Assembly (NCBI GenBank): GCA_963828165.1
Contig: CAWHDR010000001.1
Location: 736,001-800,000 of the forward strand
Direction of reading: 5' to 3'
Source of the DNA: an uncultured Chloroflexia bacterium
GTDB lineage: Bacteria > Chloroflexota > Limnocylindria > Limnocylindrales > CSP1-4
Length of the DNA: 64,000 nt
Shown piece by piece: positions 9,898-18,884 of this stretch. The notes beneath the pieces were generated by a model. That model was not told the origin of the DNA and made no database searches. It worked only from the letters and a program-made list of their open reading frames with translations. Every line of letters begins with the position of its first letter. Within the stretch, counting starts at the first letter, position 1. Both the position numbers and the translations under genes were made by a program.

Positions 9898-11756
9898 TCG
9901 TCCGCCCCGCCCCACTTCTCGATCAGGTCCGACAGGCCCTTGCCGGCCGGCATCATCGGGAAGACGTTCTGCTCCTCGGCGATCTCGAACCAGATCAGTG
10001 CGGGGCCGTCGACCGCCTGGGCGGCGCGGATGGCGTCATCGACCTCGGCCGGGGTGCGGGCGCGGAACGCCGGGATGCCGAACGCATCCGCGAGCTTCGC
10101 GAAGTCCGGCCCGGGCAGGTTCGCCGAGTGGTAGTTCCCGGCGTAGATGATCTCCTGCCACTGGCGGATCATCCCGAGCTTCTTGTTGTCGAGCAGGGCG
10201 ATCTTGACGGGGATGTCGTCGGCGACCAGCGTCATCAGCTCCTGGAACGTCATCTGGAATCCCCCGTCGCCGGTGATCGCCCAGGTCTCGCGATCCGGCC
10301 GCCCGAGCGCGGCACCCATGGCGGCCGGGACGGAGAAGCCCATCGTCCCGAGTCCACCGGAGCTCACGTGCGAGTTCGGGTTGCGGAAGCCCGTGTAGCG
10401 GGCGAGCCACATCTGGTTCTGCCCGACGTCGGCCACGTACGTCGCCTGGTGGTCGGTGAGCTCGCCGATCCGCTCGACGACGTAGTCGGCTGACAGCACG
10501 CCGTCGCGCCATGCACCCGAGCCGTGCCATGAGGACGCCTCGGCATCGCGTCGCCACTCGGCCAGCTGGTCGAGGTACTCGCGGCGCTCATCGGCGCTCG
10601 TCGCGGGCACCATCGGCGTCAGCGCCTGGAGCACGCGCTTCGCATCCCCGACGATCGGTACCTCGACCGCCACGTTCTTGCCGATCTCGGCGGGGTCGAT
10701 GTCGACGTGGATGATGCGGGCATACGGTGCGTAGGTGCGGACGTTGCCGGTGACCCGGTCGTCGAACCGCATGCCGATGGCGATCAGCAGGTCGGCGCTC
10801 TGGATGGCGCGGTTGACGTGCTTCCAGCCATGCATGCCCATGAAGCCGTAGGCGAGCGGGTGCGTCTCGTCCATCGCGCCGATCCCGAGCAGCGTCCAGG
10901 CCACGGGGATCGAGGTCCTCTCGGCGAAGATCCGCAGGTCGTCCCACGCCTCCGCGTGGAGGACGCCGTGGCCCGCCAGGATCACCGGCCGCTTCGCGTT
11001 CGCGATCTCGGTCGCCGCCGTCTTGAGCTGGCGGCCGTGGCCATCCAGGTTCGGACGGAAGCCCGGGAGGCCGGCGACGATCTCGTCCTCGGTCGGGTGC
11101 TCCGCGCGCGTCTCCTGCTGGAGCGCGTCCTTCGTGATGTCGATGTGGACCGGACCCGGGCGACCGGTCCGGGCGATGTGGAAGGCCTCCGCCACGACCC
11201 GCGGCAGCTCGTCGGCATCGCGCACGAGGTAGTTGTGCTTCGTCATCGGCAAGGTGATGCCGTTGATGTCGATCTCCTGGAACGCGTCCTTGCCGATGAG
11301 CGCGGATGGCACGTTGCCGGTGATCGCGACCATCGGCACCGAATCGAGCATCGCCGTCCCGATGCCCGTGACGAGGTTCGTGGCACCGGGGCCGGACGTG
11401 CCCATGCAGACACCGACGGACCCCGTGACCCGGGCGTACCCGTCGGCCGCGTGGGCGCCGCCCTGCTCGTGGCGGACCAGGATGTGGCGAAGCTCCGGGT
11501 AGTCGCCCAGGACGTCGTACAGCGGCAGGATCACGCCACCCGGGTAGCTGAAGAAGATGTCGACACCCTGGCGGAGGAGGGCCTCGCACAGGACATCCGC
11601 GCCGATGCGCGTCCGCTTCAGGTCGCGTGCCTCATGGAGCATGCCCTTCCGGGCGCGCTCGATCGCCGCCGCGCCCGCCGAGCCGTCGGCCGGCACGTGA
11701 CTGCGTCGGCCCGTGGCCGGACCCGGCGGTTTCGCGGGATCGGTCTTCATCGTCAT
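9894..11756 (-). CDS. ilvB: acetolactate synthase large subunit
   Basis: YPGG, RHEQGG, TSGPGATN, FQEID, GMRFDDRVTG, GDGGFQMT..EL, GMIRQWQ. Confidence 0.95.
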   Translation of the reverse strand: MTMKTDPAKPPGPATGRRSHVPADGSAGAAAIERARKGMLHEARDLKRTRIGADVLCEALLRQGVDIFFSYPGGVILPLYDVLGDYPELRHILVRHEQGGAHAADGYARVTGSVGVCMGTSGPGATNLVTGIGTAMLDSVPMVAITGNVPSALIGKDAFQEIDINGITLPMTKHNYLVRDADELPRVVAEAFHIARTGRPGPVHIDITKDALQQETRAEHPTEDEIVAGLPGFRPNLDGHGRQLKTAATEIANAKRPVILAGHGVLHAEAWDDLRIFAERTSIPVAWTLLGIGAMDETHPLAYGFMGMHGWKHVNRAIQSADLLIAIGMRFDDRVTGNVRTYAPYARIIHVDIDPAEIGKNVAVEVPIVGDAKRVLQALTPMVPATSADERREYLDQLAEWRRDAEASSWHGSGAWRDGVLSADYVVERIGELTDHQATYVADVGQNQMWLARYTGFRNPNSHVSSGGLGTMGFSVPAAMGAALGRPDRETWAITGDGGFQMTFQELMTLVADDIPVKIALLDNKKLGMIRQWQEIIYAGNYHSANLPGPDFAKLADAFGIPAFRARTPAEVDDAIRAAQAVDGPALIWFEIAEEQNVFPMMPAGKGLSDLIEKWGGADE

Positions 11757-11781
11757 GGAAGGTCCTCGTAGTGACGGACAT

Positions 11782-11811
11782 ACAAAAGACCCTCGCCTCC
11801 CGGCGAGGGTC
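11782..11811 (-). terminator. attenuator terminator hairpin of the ilv-leu leader
   Basis: Minus strand GACCCTCGCC-GGGA-GGCGAGGGTC followed by TTTTGT, about 25 nt before the ilvB start. Confidence 0.8.
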
Positions 11812-11841
11812 CCTTCGGGTGTTGCGTGGGTTCGTGGCGCC

Positions 11842-12021
11842 TTAGCGTCCGTTCCTCCGCATCCCTCCGTTCTCCCGCCGGGAGCCGGTAATGAGGCCAA
11901 GAAGGCCATCAAGCCCCAGAAGCGAGCGAAGAAGCGCGAGGATCGATACGTCGGAGAGCGGGTTCGGCTCGACGGGCACGTGGACGCGGCGACCGTCCGT
12001 CGTCATCACGACGGCGACCAT
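11842..12021 (-). CDS. ilv/leu operon leader peptide (start 12021 or 12006)
   Basis: MVAVVMTTDGRRVHVPVEPNPLSDVSILALLRSLLGLDGLLGLITG...; 9 Leu in an 18-codon run, 6 encoded by CTT; lies between promoter and terminator. Confidence 0.7.
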   Translation of the reverse strand: MVAVVMTTDGRRVHVPVEPNPLSDVSILALLRSLLGLDGLLGLITGSRRENGGMRRNGR

Positions 12022-12103
12022 CCGGCGATCCTGCCGATCGAATTGGCCCAAGACTGGCCTCCAACACGCTGTATTCCGCCCGGTCGGGCCGTGCGGTCCG
12101 CGC

Positions 12104-12131
12104 AGTCTAGCAGGGATCGATGGTGCGTCAA
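12104..12131 (-). promoter_or_regulatory. sigma70-type promoter for the ilv-leu leader
   Basis: TTGACG-N16-TAGACT with extended -10 TG (TGcTAGACT). Confidence 0.65.
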
Positions 12132-12202
12132 CGCCCACCCGATGGTCCTGCGACGTGAAAGGCCGCCGGCGGTGCCGGCGGCCTGATCTGCCTGGTGCGC
12201 GA

Positions 12203-12250
12203 CTAGAACGTGGTGATGAGTTCCCAGCGGTGGCCGGCGTCGATGCTCAT
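12203..12250 (-). CDS. putative 15-aa micro-ORF MSIDAGHRWELITTF
   Basis: ATG overlaps the upstream peptide stop (TGATG), GGAG 7 nt upstream; repeats the AGxRW motif. Confidence 0.35.
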   Translation of the reverse strand: MSIDAGHRWELITTF

Positions 12251-12342
12251 CACCAGCTCCACCGCATGCCGGCTCCCACCGTGAGCGCCAGCGACGCGAG
12301 GACCGTAAGCGCCCACGAGAGGCGGGCCAGAGTGCTTTTCAC
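12250..12342 (-). CDS. 30-aa signal-peptide-like precursor MKSTLARLSWALTVLASLALTVGAGMRWSW
   Basis: GTG start with GAAGGGG RBS 7 nt upstream, double TGA stop, directly downstream of the riboswitch. Confidence 0.75.
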   Translation of the reverse strand: MKSTLARLSWALTVLASLALTVGAGMRWSW

Positions 12343-12378
12343 GATCGATCCCCTTCGAGCGAAGAGTGGATCACGCCG

Positions 12379-12455
12379 GATCGGCGGCCGGGCGGTCTCT
12401 TGCGAGATCCCTGGCTTTGCGTCCCCGCCTCGCGACGGGTTTGCCCTGAGCGATC
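12379..12455 (-). ncRNA. c-di-GMP-I (GEMM) riboswitch
   Basis: Minus strand GATCG-CTCAGGGCAAACCCGTC-GCGA-GGCGGGGACGCAAAGCC...GGCCGC-CGATC: canonical GGCAAAC/GGGACGCAAAGCC core, GNRA-capped P2, P1 GATCG/CGATC. Confidence 0.92.
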
Positions 12456-12606
12456 GTGGTGTGCAGGACGAAAGTCCGTTGTGCTCGCACTGTCGCTCAT
12501 CCGTCCCCGAGTGCCGATACCCCAGTAGTACCAGTACCTCGCGCCGTTCGGGGGAGTTGTCGGCCCGCACCGGGCGGCAAGGGCGGCACCGGCTGCAGCC
12601 GGCGCG

Positions 12607-13170
12607 TCAGGCGCCGACGGGCGGCACTGCGGCGACCGTCGACGACCGATCCCAGGCGCGCATGGCCGTGACGATCACGACGGCGACACCGACGCCGATC
12701 AGGACGTCGCCGATGCTGAAGACGTTGGAGAACGGGACCCACGTCGGTAGCGCGAAGATGTCGGTCAGTGGGGCCAGCACGGGGTTCGGGACGATGGTGC
12801 TGTTGGAATAGGCCGTCGGATGCGCCGCGCCCAACGCGGTCAGGGCCGCCGGATCCGCCGGCATGTAGCCACCGTTCGCCACGATCGCGGCGAGATTGCT
12901 GATCGCACCAAGGGCCACGATCGGCATCCCGGTGATCGCGCGGTTGGCGAGGACGGCCGCGATGACCGCAGCGGTCGAGGCCACGTACAGAGGCGGCCCG
13001 AGACCACCGATCCGAGCGCTCACGGGCTCCGAGAAGAGGACGACCTGGGTGAGCAGCCCCGCGACGATGATCCACGACCACCGCAGCTGGAGGGCGGCCA
13101 GGCCGGATGGGCGCCCGCCGGCGGCGAAACCGATGACGAGCCCGATCAGGACGGCATAGAGGATGAACAA
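12607..13170 (-). CDS. DUF5317-family membrane protein
   Basis: GG....L..L.LRW, SNLAAIVANGGYMP, LTDIF, VFSIGDVLIGVG; several TM helices; TTG start. Confidence 0.8.
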   Translation of the reverse strand: MFILYAVLIGLVIGFAAGGRPSGLAALQLRWSWIIVAGLLTQVVLFSEPVSARIGGLGPPLYVASTAAVIAAVLANRAITGMPIVALGAISNLAAIVANGGYMPADPAALTALGAAHPTAYSNSTIVPNPVLAPLTDIFALPTWVPFSNVFSIGDVLIGVGVAVVIVTAMRAWDRSSTVAAVPPVGA

Positions 13171-13189
13171 CGCGACGCTCCCGAGCTGC

Positions 13190-15871
13190 TCAGCTGGCCA
13201 GGTGATCGATGGTCATGGTCGACGACGCGGATCGGATGCCCGCCGGGGGACGGTGCGACTCGCGCAGCGGCCGCTGGGCCATCAGCATCTCGGTCATGGC
13301 ATCGGCTTCCTGTGGCCTCGAGAAGAGGTACCCCTGGCCGTACTCGCAGCCGAGCTCGTGAAGCCGCCGATACTGCCCCGGTTCCTCGATGCCTTCCGCG
13401 ATGATGCTCAGCCCGAGCGTCCGGCCCAGCGCCACGATCGCGCCGGCGAATGCCCACTCCTCTTCGCTCTCCGCGGGCCCGATGAACTCACGAGCGATCT
13501 TGAGGATGTCGACCCGGAAGCGGCGCAGATACCCGAGCGATGAGTACCCGGTGCCGAAGTCGTCGATCGCGATCCGGACGCCCAGGTCGCGGATCGCCTC
13601 GAGGCGCGAGATCGTCGTGGTCGTGTCGTGGAACATCACGGTCTCGGTCATCTCGAGGACCAGCTGCCACGGCGTCAGCCCGCTCTCGTCGAGGATGGAC
13701 TTGAGGTCGCTGACGAAGGTGGGTTCCTGGAGCTGCTGTGCGGACAGGTTCACCGACATCGTCAGCGGCGGGTCGGCGGGCACGAGCCTGGACCATGCGG
13801 CGGCCTGGTGGCATGCCTCGGACAGGACCCAACGCCCGAGCGGCAGGATCATCCCGTTCTCCTCGGCGAGGTGGACGAACTCGCCGGGTCCGATCAGGCC
13901 GCGGACCGGATGGCGCCAGCGGACGAGGGCCTCCATGCCGGTGACCCCGGCGTTCGACAGCGCGACGATGGGCTGGTAGTAGACGGCGAGCTCGCCCTGG
14001 CCGAGGCTCCTGGAGAGCTCGGCGCTGAGTGCGTGCCGCTCCACGATCGCCGCATGCATCGTGGGCTCGAAGACGGATACGCGGTTCTTGCCGGAAGCCT
14101 TGGCCGTGTACATCGCGACGTCGGCGTTGCGCAGGAGCTCGTCGGCGCGCTCCGTGCCCAGCCGCGCCGCGGCGATGCCGATGCTCGCCCCGATGGTCGT
14201 GTCGTGACCGTCGATGGTGAACGCCACGCGCATCGCCTCGATGATCCGGTGGGCGACGGCCTCCGACTCGGACAGGCCCGGGTCGTCCTCGAGGAGGACC
14301 GCGAACTCGTCGCCGCCCAGGCGCGCGGCGACGTCCTCGGTACGCAGCACGGTCCGGAGGCGCGCCGCCACGTCGAACAGCAGGCGGTCGCCAGCGGCGT
14401 GCCCGAGCGTGTCGTTGACGACCTTGAAGTCGTCGAGGTCCAGGAACAGCACGACCGGCATCTTGTCCGTCGGGCGACTGATCCGGTCCACGACCTTCTC
14501 GAGGAACAGGGTCCGGTTCGGGAGACCGGTCAACGGATCGTGGTAGGCCTGATGACGGAGCTGCTCCTTGAGCCGCGACAGCTCGGCCAGGGACTGCTCG
14601 AGGTGACCGTTCTCCAGTGCGACCGCGGCCTGGTTGGCCAGGGTCTCCAGCAACCGGAGGTCGTCCTCGCTGAACATCGTGCCCTCGGTCAGGCGGTTGC
14701 TGATGATCAGCGAGCCGATCATCTCCGATTCGCCGCGGAGCGCGCTCACCATGTGCTGCGACACGCGCCCATCCGGGTCGCGGGTCTCTTCGAAGAACGG
14801 CGCGGTCGAGTCGGCGAGACGCTGATGGATCGGGTCCTCCACGTAGTCCCGGTCCGGGACCATCACGTCGGCCTCGCGTTCGTGCCAGGAGCGGGTCCGC
14901 AGGCCGGCCTCGCCGACGGTTCGCGGGTACAGGACGACCTCCGCGAGCTCAGCGCGGAACATCGTGCGGGCGTGGCTCAGCAGCGACACCAGCGTCGAAT
15001 CGATCTCCGGGGAGTGCTGCAGGATCCGCGACGACTGGTAGAGGAGCTCGAGGCGCTCGTGCTTCTCGCGCTCCGAGACGTACGCCTGATACGCCAGGAA
15101 GACCATCGCGACCGGCAGGATCAACAGCCAGAGCATGGCCGGGCTCAACCACAAGGCGGCGACGGCGAGGAGCGCCAGGCTCGTGTTCGCCAACGCCACC
15201 ATCAATCCGAACTGGATCATCTCGGGAAGCTTCCGGAACTGCGGGGCGCCGCCCGAGAGCGTGATGACCGTCGCGATGGTGACGGAGCTGATGATCGTCG
15301 CGGCGGACGTGGCGGCGAACGCCGCGAGCCACTCACGCAGGCCGGGCATCCCGTCGCGGGAGACGAGCGCGGACACGATGCTGTAGGAAACGACCGCGAT
15401 CAACCCGAAGTTCGCGAGGTTGAACGCCACCTTGATGGGGCGTTGTCCGGAGGCGAACAGCATCGCCGCGGCCGATCCCGTCAGGACGGCCAGGATGTAG
15501 TCGGGCGGCGACAGGAAGAACAGGCCGACGACGGCCGGGAACTCGCTCAGCGAGAACGAGTGCGTCTCGCGTCGGAAGTGGACCTCGACGACCTTCAGCT
15601 CCGCCGCGGCGAAGGCGATGGCGAGCAGCGGCCACGGGATCTGGATCGGGACTCGAGGCGCGGGGAGGCCGTGGAGCTGCGCGACGTAGACCGCCAGCGC
15701 GACGAGGATGAGCGTCGCGGTCAGGCCCCAGACGCGCACGACGGCCGGGATCGGGCTCCCGTCCGACTGCAGCCGTCGAGTGGCCGGTCGGTGGCGCAGG
15801 CGCTGCGCGAGTCGCGTCCGCAGGTACGTCGCCCGGCCTCGGTCCGTCAGTCCCCGGATCCGAGTCGACAA
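13190..15871 (-). CDS. membrane-bound diguanylate cyclase/phosphodiesterase (multi-TM sensor, GAF, GGDEF, EAL)
   Basis: [27 protein letters not shown]-site, [29 protein letters not shown]; TTG start after AAGAGGGG (the 1469-aa ORF is over-extended). Confidence 0.92.
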   Translation of the reverse strand: MSTRIRGLTDRGRATYLRTRLAQRLRHRPATRRLQSDGSPIPAVVRVWGLTATLILVALAVYVAQLHGLPAPRVPIQIPWPLLAIAFAAAELKVVEVHFRRETHSFSLSEFPAVVGLFFLSPPDYILAVLTGSAAAMLFASGQRPIKVAFNLANFGLIAVVSYSIVSALVSRDGMPGLREWLAAFAATSAATIISSVTIATVITLSGGAPQFRKLPEMIQFGLMVALANTSLALLAVAALWLSPAMLWLLILPVAMVFLAYQAYVSEREKHERLELLYQSSRILQHSPEIDSTLVSLLSHARTMFRAELAEVVLYPRTVGEAGLRTRSWHEREADVMVPDRDYVEDPIHQRLADSTAPFFEETRDPDGRVSQHMVSALRGESEMIGSLIISNRLTEGTMFSEDDLRLLETLANQAAVALENGHLEQSLAELSRLKEQLRHQAYHDPLTGLPNRTLFLEKVVDRISRPTDKMPVVLFLDLDDFKVVNDTLGHAAGDRLLFDVAARLRTVLRTEDVAARLGGDEFAVLLEDDPGLSESEAVAHRIIEAMRVAFTIDGHDTTIGASIGIAAARLGTERADELLRNADVAMYTAKASGKNRVSVFEPTMHAAIVERHALSAELSRSLGQGELAVYYQPIVALSNAGVTGMEALVRWRHPVRGLIGPGEFVHLAEENGMILPLGRWVLSEACHQAAAWSRLVPADPPLTMSVNLSAQQLQEPTFVSDLKSILDESGLTPWQLVLEMTETVMFHDTTTTISRLEAIRDLGVRIAIDDFGTGYSSLGYLRRFRVDILKIAREFIGPAESEEEWAFAGAIVALGRTLGLSIIAEGIEEPGQYRRLHELGCEYGQGYLFSRPQEADAMTEMLMAQRPLRESHRPPAGIRSASSTMTIDHLAS

Positions 15872-16078
15872 GAGATGCCGCCCCCTCTTGGTGTGGTTGC
15901 GGGAGGGATGGTGATGACTAGGACGGTTGTACCCCCTCCGCGGCTCCCGTGCAGCACACCAGGGGTACCGCCCGCGTATAGGACTATCGGCGCCGCGGGA
16001 GTGGAAACGGGGACGCCTGCGCCGTCCGCTGGTAGTCTGCAGCCGTCCCGTCCCAACCTCGTGGAGCTCGCTCGCACC

Positions 16079-17530
16079 ATGGCCGTCACCCCGCCCCGAC
16101 CGCGCACCATCGTCGACAAGATCTGGACTGACCACGTGGTCAGCCAGGATCCGGGCGCCCCGGCCGTGCTTGCCGTAGACCTTCACCTCGTCCACGAGGT
16201 CACCTCGCCGCAGGCGTTCACGGGGCTCCGCGAGCGCGGCCTCACGGTCCGCCGGCCGTCGCAGACCGTCGCCACCGCCGATCACTCCATCCCGACGACA
16301 CCGCGGGACCTCCCCATGCTCGACATGGCGGCTGCCGCCCAGATCTCGAGGCTCGAGGACAACTGCCGCGAGTTCGGCGTGCCGCTTCATGGGATCGGGT
16401 CGCCGTCCCAGGGGATCGTCCACGTGATCGGCCCCCAGATGGGGCTGACCCAGCCCGGGATGACCATCGTCTGCGGCGATTCGCATACGAGCACGCACGG
16501 GGCGTTCGGGGCGCTGGCGTTCGGGATCGGGACGAGCGAAGTCGAGATGGTGCTCGCCACCCAGACCCTCCTCCAGCGCGACCCGAAGACGTACGAGGTC
16601 CGGATCGACGGCCGCCTGGCCCCCGGTGTGAGCAGCAAGGACATCATCCTCGCCCTGATCGCCCGGATCGGCGTCGGCGGCGGCACCGGTCACGTGTTCG
16701 AGTACCGCGGCGAGGCCATTCGTGCGCTGACGATGGAACAGCGGATGACCATCTGCAACATGAGCATCGAGGGTGGTGCACGAGCCGGGCTCATCGCCCC
16801 GGACGACACGACGTACGACTACGTGCACGGCCGCGAGTACGCACCGCAAGGTGCGGCGTGGGATGCCGCCGTGGAGCGCTGGCGGCGGCTGCCGACCGAC
16901 GACGGGGCGACGTTCGACAAGTCGATCACGATCGACGCGAATGCCCTCGAGCCGATGGTCACCTACGGGACCAACCCCGGGATGGGCATCCCGATCACCT
17001 CGCGTGTCCCGTCCCCGGCGGACGAGCCCGATCCAGGCGCCAAGCGAGCCCTCGAACGCGCCCTCGAGTACATGGACCTGCAGCCCGGACAGGCGATCAT
17101 CGGCCAGAAGGTCGACGTGGTCTTCGTTGGTTCGTGCACGAATGGCCGGATCAGCGACCTGCGTCTCGCCGCCGCCGCGCTCAAGGACCGCCACGTGGCG
17201 GACGGTGTCCGGCTCATGGTCACCCCCGGCAGTGACGAGGTGAAGCGCGAGGCCGAGGCCGAAGGGCTGGCCGAGATCTTCAAGGCCGCGGGGGCCGACT
17301 GGCGCGAATCCGGCTGTTCCATGTGCATCGCCATGAACGGAGACCAGCTGGCGCCCGGGCAGTACGCGGTCAGCACGAGCAATCGCAACTTCGAGGGCCG
17401 CCAGGGCAAGGGCGGCAGGACGTTCCTGGCCTCTCCCTTGACCGCGGCGGCCTCTGCGATCGCGGGCGTCGTGACCGATCCGCGGACGCTGCCCGGGATC
17501 GAGACGCTGGCCGCCGTCGGCGGTCGCTGA
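16079..17530 (+). CDS. leuC: 3-isopropylmalate dehydratase large subunit
   Basis: [45 protein letters not shown]. Confidence 0.96.
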   Translation: MAVTPPRPRTIVDKIWTDHVVSQDPGAPAVLAVDLHLVHEVTSPQAFTGLRERGLTVRRPSQTVATADHSIPTTPRDLPMLDMAAAAQISRLEDNCREFGVPLHGIGSPSQGIVHVIGPQMGLTQPGMTIVCGDSHTSTHGAFGALAFGIGTSEVEMVLATQTLLQRDPKTYEVRIDGRLAPGVSSKDIILALIARIGVGGGTGHVFEYRGEAIRALTMEQRMTICNMSIEGGARAGLIAPDDTTYDYVHGREYAPQGAAWDAAVERWRRLPTDDGATFDKSITIDANALEPMVTYGTNPGMGIPITSRVPSPADEPDPGAKRALERALEYMDLQPGQAIIGQKVDVVFVGSCTNGRISDLRLAAAALKDRHVADGVRLMVTPGSDEVKREAEAEGLAEIFKAAGADWRESGCSMCIAMNGDQLAPGQYAVSTSNRNFEGRQGKGGRTFLASPLTAAASAIAGVVTDPRTLPGIETLAAVGGR

Positions 17531-17534
17531 CCCC

Positions 17535-18179
17535 GTGGCCGAACCGTTCCGGATGTTCACGAGCAAGGTCGTCCCCCTCAACGCCGAGAACGTCGACACC
17601 GACCAGATCGTCCCCGCGCGCTACCTGAAGGTCACCGACAAGGACGGCCTCGCCGAGGCGCTGTTCCGCGACTGGCGGTTCGAGGAGGATGGCTCGCTCA
17701 AGGACCCGCCCTTCGTGCTTGACGAGCCCGGCATGGCGGGCCGCCAGATCCTGCTCGTGGGCGACAACTTCGGGGCCGGTTCGTCGCGTGAGCACGCGCC
17801 GTGGGCCCTGACGGCGTGGGGCATCCGCGCGATCTTCTCGACCGGCTTCGCCGACATCTTTCGCAGCAACAGCCTCAAGAACGGGGTGCTGCCGATCGTG
17901 GTCAGCCCGGAGACCCACAGACGCCTGTGGGATCTCGTCGAGCACGACCCCGACGCGCAGCTGACGGTCGATCTCGCGGAGGAGGGCGTGATGCTGCCGG
18001 ACGGCTCGACGATCGACTTCACGATCGACCCGTTCGCGAAGCGGATGCTCCTGGCCGGCACGGATGAGCTCGGATATCTGCTCTCGAAGGACGATGACAT
18101 CGCGGCCTGGGAGGCCGCGCATCCACCCCGCATCGATACGCTCGCCGGGACGCGGTCGTCCGCATCGTCAGGCGTGTGA
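17535..18179 (+). CDS. leuD: 3-isopropylmalate dehydratase small subunit
   Basis: NVDTDQIVPARYLK, NFGAGSSREHAPWAL, FADIFRSNSLKNG. Confidence 0.96.
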   Translation: MAEPFRMFTSKVVPLNAENVDTDQIVPARYLKVTDKDGLAEALFRDWRFEEDGSLKDPPFVLDEPGMAGRQILLVGDNFGAGSSREHAPWALTAWGIRAIFSTGFADIFRSNSLKNGVLPIVVSPETHRRLWDLVEHDPDAQLTVDLAEEGVMLPDGSTIDFTIDPFAKRMLLAGTDELGYLLSKDDDIAAWEAAHPPRIDTLAGTRSSASSGV

Positions 18180-18189
18180 CCACCCGCCG

Positions 18190-18216
18190 GGAACCCGATG
18201 CCGCGATCGGTCGTCT
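18190..18216 (+). promoter_or_regulatory. putative ECF-sigma promoter
   Basis: GGAACC-N16-CGTCT, 7 nt before the lipoprotein ATG. Confidence 0.45.
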
Positions 18217-18223
18217 CCGCGGC

Positions 18224-18751
18224 ATGAACGAACCTCGCCGCTCCCGGCGCATTGGCGTCGGCCTCCTGTCCTTGTCCCTCCTGCTGGTCGCCTGCTCGGC
18301 GGCCGCGGGACCCTCGGCTTCGGTGCCGTCGGGCAGCTCCCCGGATCTCCCGGTCACGGCGCCGCCCAGCGACCCCGCGGATCCCAGTCAGGACCCGGGC
18401 GGCATCGGCGACGGCGCCAAGACCGTGGTCCCCAAGCCCGGCCAGCTCGACGTCCACGACGTGTCCGCGGACAGCCTCACGGCTCGCGTCGACGGTTCGA
18501 CGATCGTGGTGACCGCGAGCTGGTTCAGTGGCGTCGAGCCCTGCAACATCCTCGACACGGTCGTTGTCGCCAAGGGCCAGGCTTCGTACTCCATCACGCT
18601 GCGCGAGGGCCACGGTCCGGAGGAGGTGGCGTGCATCGCCATCGCCGAGCTCCACAAGACCGAGATCCCCATCCCGGACGTCGCCCCCGGCACGTATCAG
18701 ATCACCGACGGGACCGGCGGCGCCGCTCCGATCGAGGTCACGGTCGGCTAA
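18224..18751 (+). CDS. lipoprotein of unknown function
   Basis: RRSRR + hydrophobic + LVAC lipobox; Pro/Ser linker; GVEPC..ACIAIA Cys pair. Confidence 0.7.
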   Translation: MNEPRRSRRIGVGLLSLSLLLVACSAAAGPSASVPSGSSPDLPVTAPPSDPADPSQDPGGIGDGAKTVVPKPGQLDVHDVSADSLTARVDGSTIVVTASWFSGVEPCNILDTVVVAKGQASYSITLREGHGPEEVACIAIAELHKTEIPIPDVAPGTYQITDGTGGAAPIEVTVG

Positions 18752-18884
18752 CCCCGCGCTTCTTCCTCGCATCTCGTACCCGCCCCGGGCGACCGCGTCC
18801 GGGGCGTTTCGCACGTTCAGGATCGTCACGGGCGGGTCCCGCCGCGTCCCGCGTCCCCGCTCGACCTGTGCGACCATCCCGCCA

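Noticed and set aside
12250-12570. 106-aa ORF spanning the riboswitch
   Set aside because: The N-terminal part is translated aptamer sequence; the RBS supports the GTG start at 12342
13190-17599. Mutually overlapping 1469-aa (-) and 1300-aa (+) ORFs suggesting giant fusions or bidirectional coding
   Set aside because: Each is a real gene (GGDEF-EAL; leuC) extended by the stop-free antisense frame of the other, an expected effect of extreme GC3 bias; true starts are at 15871 and 16079
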